The notes: generated from the sequence alone by a model not told the origin. A stretch of 37,953 nucleotides of DNA from a virus (IMGVR_UViG_3300006123_000846:1-37953), one strand, 5' to 3'. Shown: positions 1 to 8,894, counted from the stretch's first letter. Numbers and translations: made by a program.

Positions 1-359
1 GCAGTATATAATTGTTCAATGGCATCGTTGGGGGTGCCACGGCCATAAAATTCTACCATGTCTCTATCTCGAGCAGCTTTGCTATAAAGCATTACACCCC
101 CGAATAAAACACGCCATATTCCGTCCACATGCGGACTGTGTGGATCTTGATATCTATCACTGTATCTATGGTGTTTTCTGTGCACTGCTACCCATTGTTT
201 TGTGACCATGCCTGTGGTCAGCCATAACCAGAAGCGCATAAAATGAGAAAGCACTGGATGAAAGTCCAGTGCTCTATGAGCTTGTGCACGATGCAAGTAC
301 AGTGTGACACATATAATAGTGATGTGTGTCATCACCAAGGTAGTAATTATTTCAATCAT
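1..359 (-). CDS. desA: Membrane fatty acid (delta-9 acyl-CoA-type) desaturase, runs off the window edge
   Basis: Not in the ORF track. Manual translation from ATG 359: MIEIITTLVMTHITIICVTLYLHRAQAHRALDFHP...FWLWLTTGMVTKQWVAVHRKHHRYSDRYQDPHSP, with His boxes HRxxxH and HRKHH plus DPHSP. Confidence 0.9.
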   Translation of the reverse strand, partial: MIEIITTLVMTHITIICVTLYLHRAQAHRALDFHPVLSHFMRFWLWLTTGMVTKQWVAVHRKHHRYSDRYQDPHSPHVDGIWRVLFGGVMLYSKAARDRDMVEFYGRGTPNDAIEQLYT

Positions 360-374
360 TACTACTATTTAGTA

Positions 375-683
375 TCAAGCTGTCTCAAACAAACTCCGTT
401 GGGGCGTAACATAGTTTTCTTCTACAACTAAATTGTTGTCGTGTGCAAAATTCAAAGCAAATTCCCAAGCCAGCGGCTCAATGTTTTCTAGTTCAAGATC
501 CAGCACAACGCATTTTACATTGTTTACAGTCACAGGTACCACATATGGAGAATACCGTGGTGTCATAACTCCCGGCGGGTTTTTTGTGCCGCAAAATGAT
601 AGTGTTGAGCACAGTCTTTCGGCCCAATCGCTTGGACGAAATTTAACGCCTGCTTTAGTAATACCCTGAATGAGGTACTTCAT
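375..683 (-). CDS. DUF3579-like protein
   Basis: IQGITKAGVKFRPSDWAERL...YSPYVVP...FA.DN.L matches my recollection of the betaproteobacterial DUF3579 family. Confidence 0.75.
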   Translation of the reverse strand: MKYLIQGITKAGVKFRPSDWAERLCSTLSFCGTKNPPGVMTPRYSPYVVPVTVNNVKCVVLDLELENIEPLAWEFALNFAHDNNLVVEENYVTPQRSLFETA

Positions 684-739
684 TTGAATCGTTCAGGGTA
701 ATTTAATCTTTCCCATTCTTCATCACTTACGGGCCACAT
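680..739 (-). CDS. 19-aa micro-ORF MWPVSDEEWERLNYPERFK
   Basis: Manual translation. Its TGA overlaps the ATG of the next gene (ATGA at 680-683). Confidence 0.45.
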   Translation of the reverse strand: MWPVSDEEWERLNYPERFK

Positions 740-741
740 GA

Positions 742-828
742 TTATTTCCCGTTGTGTGATAGTCGTGCTTGACGAGCTTCAGCAATAGCCTCAAGAATAC
801 TGTTGAAAAATTGTTTGAGTGTGTTCAT
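742..828 (-). CDS. 28-aa micro-ORF MNTLKQFFNSILEAIAEARQARLSHNGK
   Basis: Manual translation. 2-nt gaps to both neighbours; amphipathic helix pattern. Confidence 0.5.
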   Translation of the reverse strand: MNTLKQFFNSILEAIAEARQARLSHNGK

Positions 829-830
829 TT

Positions 831-944
831 TTATATCATTCCGTAAGTTTTGGTAAAATCATGCACATAGCGAGCAGCCTGTGCTTGACGTGATCGAATT
901 GTTCTGATCATGGCGCGACGTAGAAATCTCCGAATTATTCTCAT
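831..944 (-). CDS. 37-aa Arg-rich micro-ORF
   Basis: MRIIRRFLRRAMIRTIRSRQAQAARYVHDFTKTYGMI. ATGA overlap with the upstream ORF at 941-944. Confidence 0.5.
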   Translation of the reverse strand: MRIIRRFLRRAMIRTIRSRQAQAARYVHDFTKTYGMI

Positions 945-1090
945 AGTGTGCTACCATATCGTTGCTGATCGTAGTATCTACACCAAAATTCTACTTCAGC
1001 GTTGCTTTTGGGTTGCTTGGAGGCAACAAATTTTTCCAAACCAGATTGATAGCCAGTGCTAAATATTTTATTGATAATTTTTTTAAACAT
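941..1090 (-). CDS. 49-aa small protein
   Basis: MFKKIINKIFSTGYQSGLEKFVASKQPKSNAEVEFWCRYYDQQRYGSTL. AAGGA RBS and an upstream TATAAATA. Confidence 0.6.
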   Translation of the reverse strand: MFKKIINKIFSTGYQSGLEKFVASKQPKSNAEVEFWCRYYDQQRYGSTL

Positions 1091-1134
1091 TGTGTGTTTC
1101 CTTGTGCAATAGATACTCATGGTTTCTACTTAGT

Positions 1135-1142
1135 TATTTATA
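1135..1142 (-). promoter_or_regulatory. T4-type late promoter TATAAATA
   Basis: Exact T4 gp55 consensus in intergenic DNA upstream of the micro-ORF/desaturase unit. Confidence 0.6.
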
Positions 1143-1223
1143 CTGACAACAACGTAATTGCAAATAATTGTCAAATTTTTAGGGTTTTTGATTTTAGAGT
1201 AAATAAAAAGAAGGAGATAGCAA

Positions 1224-1565
1224 ATGCTAACATTTTTAAAGAAATTTTTATCACTCAAACCCAGGGTTATTCCGGAACCGACTGCACCCTACAAAGTAGA
1301 AGCACCTGTACCTGCCAGCGCAGAAGCCGTCAAGGCACCAGTAAAATGTGGATGCGGCCGTAGCTCAAGTGGCGAGTGTGTGGGATTACATGCACTTAGT
1401 GCAGAACAGTGGGCAGTCAGCGATAAAAATCCAAACAAGATTGTGGTAGAAGAAAAACCAATTGAGTCAACGCCAGTCAAAAAATCACCAGCTAAAAAAA
1501 CTGCAGCCAAACCCAAAACTCCTGCTAAACCACGTGCCCCACGCAAGCCAAAAACATCAAGCTAA
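1224..1565 (+). CDS. Small protein with a CDGSH-like metal-binding motif and a Lys/Pro/Ala-rich basic tail
   Basis: CGCGRSSSGECVGLH resembles CxCxxS..CDGSH; tail KKSPAKKTAAKPKTPAKPRAPRKPK. AGGAG RBS; TAAATA at 1200-1205. Confidence 0.7.
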   Translation: MLTFLKKFLSLKPRVIPEPTAPYKVEAPVPASAEAVKAPVKCGCGRSSSGECVGLHALSAEQWAVSDKNPNKIVVEEKPIESTPVKKSPAKKTAAKPKTPAKPRAPRKPKTSS

Positions 1566-1844
1566 CATTCGCACAAGGCCAACAGAATCTATGCTGACCA
1601 GCAGGATGTAATTGGCCAACATACCAAAAGATTTCCTAGTGTAACTGGCCCAAGCATACATAGCACAACCGCTAATCCAAATTGGATATAAAACAAGTAG
1701 TGGGGGATTAGGCACAGTAAGCGACATTGTAATGCTACAGCCAATACTGATAGCCCACGCCAAAAGCTCGATGCCAAAGCGAAGAGGGTGAGTACGGTAG
1801 TCATCTTTAATCCATCCTAGTATATTAAAAATTATATCATTCAC
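1557..1844 (-). CDS. Small multi-pass membrane protein
   Basis: 95 aa with three hydrophobic segments. Confidence 0.7.
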   Translation of the reverse strand: MNDIIFNILGWIKDDYRTHPLRFGIELLAWAISIGCSITMSLTVPNPPLLVLYPIWISGCAMYAWASYTRKSFGMLANYILLVSIDSVGLVRMLA

Positions 1845-1863
1845 AGGTAATACCTTATATCTA

Positions 1864-2046
1864 TTAGAACATTTTTATAATTAGCAGAATAATAGCAGGT
1901 AATTCAACTATTACTCCAACTAACAAAAGTATGTAAAACACAGTCCCCAGCTGAGGATATGACTTTACCGTCATAAATCCAATCACAGTGGATGTCAAAA
2001 ACAATAGGGACGATATTGCTGATAAACAAAAAATTACATCATTCAT
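1864..2046 (-). CDS. Small membrane protein (2 TM)
   Basis: Likely start MNDVIFCLS at 2046, overlapping the end of uvsE; hydrophobic. Confidence 0.45.
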   Translation of the reverse strand: MNDVIFCLSAISSLLFLTSTVIGFMTVKSYPQLGTVFYILLLVGVIVELPAIILLIIKMF

Positions 2047-3070
2047 TTGCAATCCTTTGTTGATATACCTGTTCACTGGCAAGATTTTTGCCCTTAGCTT
2101 CGACTTGTATATCAAAGTTAGGGCCGAAGGTGAGGGCCCAGTCATTGCTGGCACGATTCCACATGAAGTCAGAGTGTGCTCGTAGTTTTTGTTTTTTGTA
2201 GCCTACACTGAGTAATTGTTGTAGATCTGGTCTAACAAGGGGATTGTGATCAACCAAAAGATCTTCACGGCTAACACTGTAATGCATAGCAGGACGAACA
2301 CCGCGCCAAGAGTCAATAACCCGCTGCGTACGAGGATCCTCCAGTGTGATATATTCTCCTGTGTTGATCCAGTGATGATGTATGTCCAGCACCAAAGCCA
2401 CATGCTCAGCCACAGCCAAAGTAACGTCAAGTCCATTTGATATCTCGTCATTTTCGATGGTAATTAAATTTCTAGCTTCTGGCGTGAGACGTCCCAGAGT
2501 TCTTAGAAATTTGGCAGGTCCACCTTTACCTGACAAATGCACATTAATCTTGAATCCTGAATCATGCCATGTAGCACCATAGCCCATCCATCTGGCCATG
2601 TCTGCATGATATTCAAATTCCAGGATACTACGCTCTACAATTTCATCTGCTTCAGAAGCTAGTACACAAAACTGACCTGGATGAAAGCTCAATCTCACAT
2701 CCAGTCTACGTGCCGTTTCACCAATGGGTGCAAATATTCGAGCAAGATGATCCTGTATCTCTTGGCGTTGCCACCAGGCTATCCAATTGGGTTCGGTGTA
2801 GCCCTGCAACATTTCACTGCCCAGGCGAACCATTCTACGTTCAGCGGGCAAGGTGGCCACACGTTCAATCAGCTTCACTGCCGCAGCGGCATTGTGATTC
2901 ATGATGTCCCACTGACGTTGGTCAGCATCGCCTGGATGCTCGCGCAACCAGCGCATGGTAGTTGATCTTCCGTTTAGATCACGGTCCACAGCATTGACTT
3001 TCATACCCCCACATTCCGAGGGATCATTTAGCCATTTGCAACAAAAACCTATGCGTTGTAGTGTAGTCAT
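2039..3070 (-). CDS. uvsE: UV-damage endonuclease
   Basis: RIGFCC, RLSFHPGQFCVL, INVH, ITIENDE, LVLDIHHH, HYS, RAHSD and VEAKGKN motifs of the UvsE/UVDE TIM barrel. Confidence 0.93.
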   Translation of the reverse strand: MTTLQRIGFCCKWLNDPSECGGMKVNAVDRDLNGRSTTMRWLREHPGDADQRQWDIMNHNAAAAVKLIERVATLPAERRMVRLGSEMLQGYTEPNWIAWWQRQEIQDHLARIFAPIGETARRLDVRLSFHPGQFCVLASEADEIVERSILEFEYHADMARWMGYGATWHDSGFKINVHLSGKGGPAKFLRTLGRLTPEARNLITIENDEISNGLDVTLAVAEHVALVLDIHHHWINTGEYITLEDPRTQRVIDSWRGVRPAMHYSVSREDLLVDHNPLVRPDLQQLLSVGYKKQKLRAHSDFMWNRASNDWALTFGPNFDIQVEAKGKNLASEQVYQQRIANE

Positions 3071-3075
3071 AGTGT

Positions 3076-3104
3076 ATTATACTACAACTATAATTAATAG
3101 TCAA
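3076..3104 (-). promoter_or_regulatory. sigma70-type promoter, probably giving a leaderless uvsE mRNA
   Basis: TTGACT-N17-TATAAT, with the ATG only 5 nt after the -10 box. Confidence 0.7.
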
Positions 3105-3658
3105 GCTGCCAACATTTTGATCACACTAGTCATTGAGTCATTGGTCAAATTGTCCAAAGATGCAAATAATTTTCCGATGTCCCCAGGGTGATCTACCAAA
3201 ACCCATTGTGTAGTAGGATTACTCACAATTACCTGTTTGATTAAATTTCGGTAATGTTGAATTCGATTCTCAACAAGCTTATCTGGATTTTTTATTTGAT
3301 CTCTTAGATCAAACCCTAATAATAAAACAATGTTATTGTAGCCGGCTGCCAAATGCATTGCTACAATTTCTTCTTGCCTATCTACATCGTGTATAAATTT
3401 ACCTTCGTATAGTTTTACCCCATCTGGTCGATTCAGTGTGGTATAAATGTTATTTGGTATGTAGAAATTGCACTGTTTTTGAAATTGCCGTGTTAGTAAC
3501 ACAGCAGCCTGTTTCATGTCATGACATATGACATTGTCTGTAGTGTACGCCCGCCAGGTTCGCCAACTACCCCAAAAACTACCAATATTTTTTAATTGTG
3601 CAAGATCTTGTGTGAGATCTATCACTGCCGAGTCCGCTAGTACCCAACTCACATTCAT
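3101..3658 (-). CDS. Hypothetical protein, possibly Maf/sialyltransferase-like fold
   Basis: AMHLAA...IVLLLGFDL resembles the A..LA..G...I.LLGFD signature of Maf/MptE-like and GT29/GT42-like transferases; weak match. Confidence 0.45.
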   Translation of the reverse strand: MNVSWVLADSAVIDLTQDLAQLKNIGSFWGSWRTWRAYTTDNVICHDMKQAAVLLTRQFQKQCNFYIPNNIYTTLNRPDGVKLYEGKFIHDVDRQEEIVAMHLAAGYNNIVLLLGFDLRDQIKNPDKLVENRIQHYRNLIKQVIVSNPTTQWVLVDHPGDIGKLFASLDNLTNDSMTSVIKMLAA

Positions 3659-4698
3659 TCAGCACCTCTGATCACTTGCCAATTATAAGAGCCGGTACAC
3701 ACCCAAGCAAACACACGATCTGTCCCGGGATTGGCATTAAACACAATATCACCTTTGGTTCCAGACCAGCCCGGCAGTTGAGTAGCATGACTGAACTTAT
3801 GTACACCTACTTGTAGTTTTTTAACAATAGTTAATCCTGTATTATCGATATCAAGGTACGGTGTACGATTTACACCCAAACTCAAAGTTTGATCTCTTGC
3901 AGTGCCGATATATGCCTGTTTGGCTTTGTGTTTGCCAACAATGACAGAGACTTCTTCGTCCCATATGCTCAGCGCCGATTCTGGAGAATTTGTGTTAACG
4001 CCCAATCTACCATTGACCACACTTACTGTGTTGTTTAGATGTGTTTCGCCGTCAACTGATAATTGATTTAATACGCCAACTGATCGTAAATTTGATTCTG
4101 TAATTGCTTTGCTTAATGTATTGCCTGCAACAACATAATCACCGCCGATGGTTACTGTGTCAAACTCAATACCTTTTTCACGTATTTGTTCAGCAACTTG
4201 TTGCACCAATTCTGTTTGCCATTTTTCAGACAACTTTTCAAGAGTGGTATTACTGATGTTTTCGGCCAAAGTAGTCCAGGCTGGGTTATCTATATTAACA
4301 CTGCCAGTAACTGATAAATCGTTAATTCTGGCACCGTTAACAACTGTTAAATCTGCGGCGGTCAATCGATTTTCTACCACAGTAGTATCATCCATTACAG
4401 TCAATTGACATGCAGTAGCTTGATCATTGATACCAGTACTGGCAAAATTTTCCAGTAACTGTTGCTTGATCGTTTTCATATTGTCGTCTACTCGTTGGCG
4501 TATAATAGTACCAATATCAATACTACCAATTCTAGCCACTGTTTCCTGTGTTACTGTTTGATTAATCATGTGTTCTATTCGAGATAACCATGATTCGTCT
4601 TGGCAAAGATTTTCTACAGTACTTGATATATTTTTTTCAACTGCCTGTTCAACCAAGCTTTGAATCAACGCAGGATCAATTGTAATAGCACTAGTCAT
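3655..4698 (-). CDS. Putative virion fibre/structural protein
   Basis: Start MTSAITID with AGGAG RBS. SNLRSVGVLNQLSV, GRLGVNTNSP and the C-terminal GDIVFNANP..FAWVC are motifs typical of phage fibre proteins. Confidence 0.55.
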   Translation of the reverse strand: MTSAITIDPALIQSLVEQAVEKNISSTVENLCQDESWLSRIEHMINQTVTQETVARIGSIDIGTIIRQRVDDNMKTIKQQLLENFASTGINDQATACQLTVMDDTTVVENRLTAADLTVVNGARINDLSVTGSVNIDNPAWTTLAENISNTTLEKLSEKWQTELVQQVAEQIREKGIEFDTVTIGGDYVVAGNTLSKAITESNLRSVGVLNQLSVDGETHLNNTVSVVNGRLGVNTNSPESALSIWDEEVSVIVGKHKAKQAYIGTARDQTLSLGVNRTPYLDIDNTGLTIVKKLQVGVHKFSHATQLPGWSGTKGDIVFNANPGTDRVFAWVCTGSYNWQVIRGAE

Positions 4699-5620
4699 GT
4701 TTTCTCCTAAGATCCAGTGTGACACAATGAAATCCGCCACCCAATGTTCTACTATGCCTTAGTGTTCTGGGAATCACGGTGAAGTTTTTTCTAGCCAACA
4801 ATTCTATTAGATCATGTTGTGCTGCGTCTACTATCACAGTATTAGGATCCACTACCAACATATTCAACCCAATCCATTTTGATGCATAAGGGTACTGATA
4901 AAAGTCTTGTGCCACCACATCATCTACATAGATACATTCCCAATCACGGAATGCCTGAGGACAATTGCTTTTGTTCACACGCGAACCATTTAATAATACT
5001 AGTCCTTCACGCAACGGCACTATGGTACTGTCGATATGAACACCTGAATAAAAATTGCAGATCTCCATGCTGGTGGTAGGCGGTAGTGTACTCAACAACC
5101 AATACCAACTTAATCGGTTGCCTGACGCACTTTCCAAAAACAAATAACGATCTTTGCCTAGTCTCAATATGTTGGCTGCGTCAAGCACATAACCAGAATT
5201 TTTAGGCATGGTAATCACTTGTTCAGCAGAGTCAATCACAAAGTCTAGTGCTTGAATCTCTTGATTGCGGCATGGATACATCATGGCCGTATCAATCACT
5301 GTGCTTCCTGCAATCAGTAATCTGTCTCTAGGGCAGTAATTATACATGCCTCCTAGCTCTTGAAAATTCATTTCTCGGGGTCTGTGAACTACAACACCTA
5401 ACTTGGTTAGTGTATCCGCTAGCATATCCAAATCTTCATTGGCTTCATCAATGATCCATTGCGGAACCGGGCCCGACGGCACTGGCGAATCAGTCCAGGT
5501 AGTTTTGGCACTTTCTCGTGCAAACATAGAATCATTGCTGGGCCAATTTGCATAGGTTGCTGATCCCACCACTATTTCTTCCAGTGGGTCCCATTCGTTA
5601 TAACTGTTAATCATCAACAT
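4691..5620 (-). CDS. Amidinotransferase (glycine or inosamine-phosphate amidinotransferase family)
   Basis: NSYNEWDPLEEIVVG, CPRD, DAAN (Asp), HIDST (His) and GGGFHCVTLD (Cys) form the catalytic triad of the AGAT/StrB1 family. Confidence 0.9.
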   Translation of the reverse strand: MLMINSYNEWDPLEEIVVGSATYANWPSNDSMFARESAKTTWTDSPVPSGPVPQWIIDEANEDLDMLADTLTKLGVVVHRPREMNFQELGGMYNYCPRDRLLIAGSTVIDTAMMYPCRNQEIQALDFVIDSAEQVITMPKNSGYVLDAANILRLGKDRYLFLESASGNRLSWYWLLSTLPPTTSMEICNFYSGVHIDSTIVPLREGLVLLNGSRVNKSNCPQAFRDWECIYVDDVVAQDFYQYPYASKWIGLNMLVVDPNTVIVDAAQHDLIELLARKNFTVIPRTLRHSRTLGGGFHCVTLDLRRKHD

Positions 5621-6131
5621 GTCCTGTAATTTGTAAAGTATATCTTGGAGTCAGCCCCAAGTTGGCTGCCATGTGCGGTGCGTCATACTGCCATTCAACG
5701 ACAGCACCTGCACGCCAATCTATGAATGGGCGATCCATTATTTCAGCATAGTGACCAGATTGCCAATCTTCTAAAAATATTATAGCACGTCGTATGGTAT
5801 GTTCGCGACCTCGAAGATCAAACAATTCAACATATCGTTTATATAAATCACCATGCGTGGGCAACACTGTGCCAGTGCTCATCCGATAATAACTAGTACC
5901 AATATCCTTCCACCCTTTACCTGTAAATATATCTATAAACCGTTGATTCCACGAAGGTTGTGCAGCACGCATGTCACACATATCGCCTGTGAATTTATTT
6001 GAATAACCAGCATTGGTCCAAAGTTTTAAATTGTCAGGATCGTTAAATTCTTCATTGGTATAGGTCAATTGTTTAAACTCATTGTCCCAAAATTTGTGTA
6101 ATTGATATTTTTTTACTGTGTCAGATAACAT
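5607..6131 (-). CDS. Putative 2OG-Fe(II) dioxygenase (DSBH, Asp/Asn beta-hydroxylase-like)
   Basis: LPTHGD (HxD) ... PHMAANLG..PRYTLQITG (distal His and Arg). Confidence 0.65.
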   Translation of the reverse strand: MLSDTVKKYQLHKFWDNEFKQLTYTNEEFNDPDNLKLWTNAGYSNKFTGDMCDMRAAQPSWNQRFIDIFTGKGWKDIGTSYYRMSTGTVLPTHGDLYKRYVELFDLRGREHTIRRAIIFLEDWQSGHYAEIMDRPFIDWRAGAVVEWQYDAPHMAANLGLTPRYTLQITGHVDD

Positions 6132-6180
6132 ATTTTATTCCTGTGAGACATTGTTACAAGTAAATACCATCACAAATTAT

Positions 6181-7452
6181 ATGAGTATTCCTTTAGATCG
6201 ACTATATCATTTCATTGAAAATATTGCCGAAGAAATCCACGGCAGTGCTTTACTAATTTATCGTTTTTATCCGCATGGTTCAAAAAAACTCGAAGATTTA
6301 AAATTGGCAAAACCATGTAGTTGGAAAGATACCAATTTAATGCCAGTTATTCATTGTAATGATCAAGAACCATTGGATTTTGATTATTATGACAACTATG
6401 CATCATCTCATTCAGACACATGGAGCAACATACTTAGATCAACATCGTTTGAATACTGCAATCTTAATCTGAGACGTACTTTGATGTACGATAAAATGTT
6501 GTTGATTCATAGTGAACAAAGATCACTGAATTTAAAAAAATATCAACAGACAAACTGGTTGACTATCTATTACTGGAGTCATGCATTACTGTCATTGGAT
6601 TGGTTTAGATATGCCAATCATGTTAATATTGTCAAAAAACCAATTAAAAAATTTTTAATTTATAACCGAGCATGGAGCGGTACCAGAGAATATCGTTTAA
6701 AATTTGCTGACCTACTGATCTCTTACGGTCTTGTTGATGATTGTCAAACATCTATTAGTTTTTGGGATCAAGATATACATTACAAAAATTATAAATATAA
6801 AGATACCAGGTTACGCCCTTGTCATGATCTTGAAAATTATTTCAAAATAAACAACACCCCTAGTACCAGTAGTGCAGATTTTAATATCAATGATTATGCA
6901 AATACTAATGTTGAAATCGTCTTAGAAACTTTGTTTGACGATGATAGATTACATCTAACTGAAAAATCTTTGCGTCCTATTGCTTGCGGACAACCATTTA
7001 TATTGGCTGCCACATATGGTAGTTTGGAATATTTAAGAAGTTATGGCTTTCAAACATTTGATAGTGTGATTGACGAAACATACGATACTATCGAAGATCC
7101 TGTTGAAAGATTAACGGCTATTGTGAAAGTAATGCAGGACATTTCTAACTGGAGCATAGACCAAACCCATGAAAAAATTTCAAAATTACAAAAGATTGCG
7201 GACTATAACAAACAACATTTTTTTAGCTCAAAGTTTTATAATCAAATAGTAACAGAATTAAAAACGAATGTGGCCAATGCACTTGAAGAGTACACAACCA
7301 CAAAAAGTTGTAAGCAATTTATAAATTTTTGGGATCATTTGTTGCCACATAGCTCTGTAACAGAATTTTTAAAAATCAATGACAATGAAGTATATCCAAC
7401 AAAAACTCAACTTGACATTGTGTATTCTGAAGCAAAAAAATATAACAAGTAA
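6181..7452 (+). CDS. Putative glycosyltransferase-like protein (GT-B, GT10-like C-terminus)
   Basis: IVLETLF..HLTEKSLRPIACGQPFI..GFQTF..IDETYD resembles the fucosyltransferase-like TEK motif. Likely start ATG 6181, after TAAATA at 6161. Confidence 0.55.
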   Translation: MSIPLDRLYHFIENIAEEIHGSALLIYRFYPHGSKKLEDLKLAKPCSWKDTNLMPVIHCNDQEPLDFDYYDNYASSHSDTWSNILRSTSFEYCNLNLRRTLMYDKMLLIHSEQRSLNLKKYQQTNWLTIYYWSHALLSLDWFRYANHVNIVKKPIKKFLIYNRAWSGTREYRLKFADLLISYGLVDDCQTSISFWDQDIHYKNYKYKDTRLRPCHDLENYFKINNTPSTSSADFNINDYANTNVEIVLETLFDDDRLHLTEKSLRPIACGQPFILAATYGSLEYLRSYGFQTFDSVIDETYDTIEDPVERLTAIVKVMQDISNWSIDQTHEKISKLQKIADYNKQHFFSSKFYNQIVTELKTNVANALEEYTTTKSCKQFINFWDHLLPHSSVTEFLKINDNEVYPTKTQLDIVYSEAKKYNK

Positions 7453-7503
7453 TCGTCATTTACTATAAAGATAACTTGTAGTAATTGGGTATGTAAATAC
7501 CTG

Positions 7504-7731
7504 ATGTATTACACTTTTGTAATTTTTTTATTTCCTATATTTGCCTTGGCCAGTGATATAGATAACTGTACCCAAATTCACGATCTTAATCAAAAGCATC
7601 TATGCCTGGCAGTAGCCACACTGAGTGTAAACGAGTGCGACAAAATAACCAATTTGGAATTAAAATCAACCTGTGTGTTCAAAGTCAGAGACGGACAACG
7701 AGCAGTAAATAGCTTTCATCCAATGAAATAG
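7504..7731 (+). CDS. Small secreted Cys-repeat protein
   Basis: Signal peptide, then two C-x2-I-x7-C repeats (CTQIHDLNQKHLC and CDKITNLELKSTC). Confidence 0.65.
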   Translation: MYYTFVIFLFPIFALASDIDNCTQIHDLNQKHLCLAVATLSVNECDKITNLELKSTCVFKVRDGQRAVNSFHPMK

Positions 7732-7793
7732 GTAACATAGTAATAGCTAAATATATGACTGTTGTGTTAAAATATCTACACAAGGCATATGCA

Positions 7794-8507
7794 ATGAACA
7801 AACTCTTAATAACAGTATTATTATCTGCGGCTATTCCTGCACTCTCCGCTGGTATAACAGCTAAATCATGGATCTTGGCAGACAATGCAAACAATATTAT
7901 TCATGGTAAAAATATTGCTGAGCAACGCAGTATCGGCAGTATAACCAAATTAATAACCGTGATAGTAATCTTAGATGCACAACAAAATCCACAACAGTCA
8001 CTGGGATCGCTGGATCGAAAAAATTTAATTCAATTTGCCCTGGTCAAGTCGGACAACAATGCAGCTCGTGTGTTATGCGACAACTATCCAGGCGGTACTG
8101 TGGCATGTGTAAGTGCTATGAATCGACGAGCTCAATCATTGGGTATGAATCATACTAATTTTGTAGAACCTACTGGGCTCAGCATAATGAACGTTAGTAC
8201 CGCCGAAGATCTTGTTAGATTAGTGTCAGCAGCCAAAGACTATCCAGAAATAGTTCAAGCCAGTCGTACTGCTGATTTGAAAATACAAATAAAAAAATCT
8301 TATTTGATTATAAAAAATACCAATCCCTCAATAGCGCATGATCCAAACAACTTTTGGGTCAGTAAAACTGGATTTATCAATGCTGCAGGCGGTTGCATTG
8401 TTATGATGAAAGATACTCCGATTGGACGTAGGACAGTTGTGTTGTTAGGTAGTCGTAATACTCATACACGTATTCCTGAAGCACAAACCATAATGGCACT
8501 AGAATGA
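7794..8507 (+). CDS. D-alanyl-D-alanine carboxy/endopeptidase (peptidase S11, PBP7-like)
   Basis: Signal peptide; SITK (SxxK), SDN (SxN), KTG and EPTGL motifs. Confidence 0.9.
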   Translation: MNKLLITVLLSAAIPALSAGITAKSWILADNANNIIHGKNIAEQRSIGSITKLITVIVILDAQQNPQQSLGSLDRKNLIQFALVKSDNNAARVLCDNYPGGTVACVSAMNRRAQSLGMNHTNFVEPTGLSIMNVSTAEDLVRLVSAAKDYPEIVQASRTADLKIQIKKSYLIIKNTNPSIAHDPNNFWVSKTGFINAAGGCIVMMKDTPIGRRTVVLLGSRNTHTRIPEAQTIMALE

Positions 8508-8870
8508 AGCGCCTATTGGCCGTTCAATCACTGGTGTCCACTCTTCTCCAGGATTTTCATCTATCAATCGAGCAATACGATTACCAATCTCATTGTAAAA
8601 ACTATCCATTTCCAAATTCCAGGCACCTGTTAACTGATCAATTAGTGTATTGCAATAGTTCCAATTGCGTTGTTGATAATTTTTTATCAATGCTTGGTGC
8701 AATTGTTGCCAACTTTCAATCAATGGTAATTTATCCATTGGAATACCTTCTACTACACAGTAAGCAGTTATTTCAGGTCCATTGATTCCAAAAGAAAAAG
8801 TATCAAGCTCTAACACTGTAAATTTTTCACGTAGTTTGTTGGCTTGCTCTGTTCCAAATATTATGTTCAT
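8499..8870 (-). CDS. Hypothetical protein resembling the C-terminal tail of class III nucleotide cyclases
   Basis: IIFG..A..L...F..LELD...I.AY followed by a helical hairpin Y..RNW; no catalytic core present. Confidence 0.5.
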   Translation of the reverse strand: MNIIFGTEQANKLREKFTVLELDTFSFGINGPEITAYCVVEGIPMDKLPLIESWQQLHQALIKNYQQRNWNYCNTLIDQLTGAWNLEMDSFYNEIGNRIARLIDENPGEEWTPVIERPIGASF

Positions 8871-8894
8871 GAAAATTCCTTTTAAATATGTATC

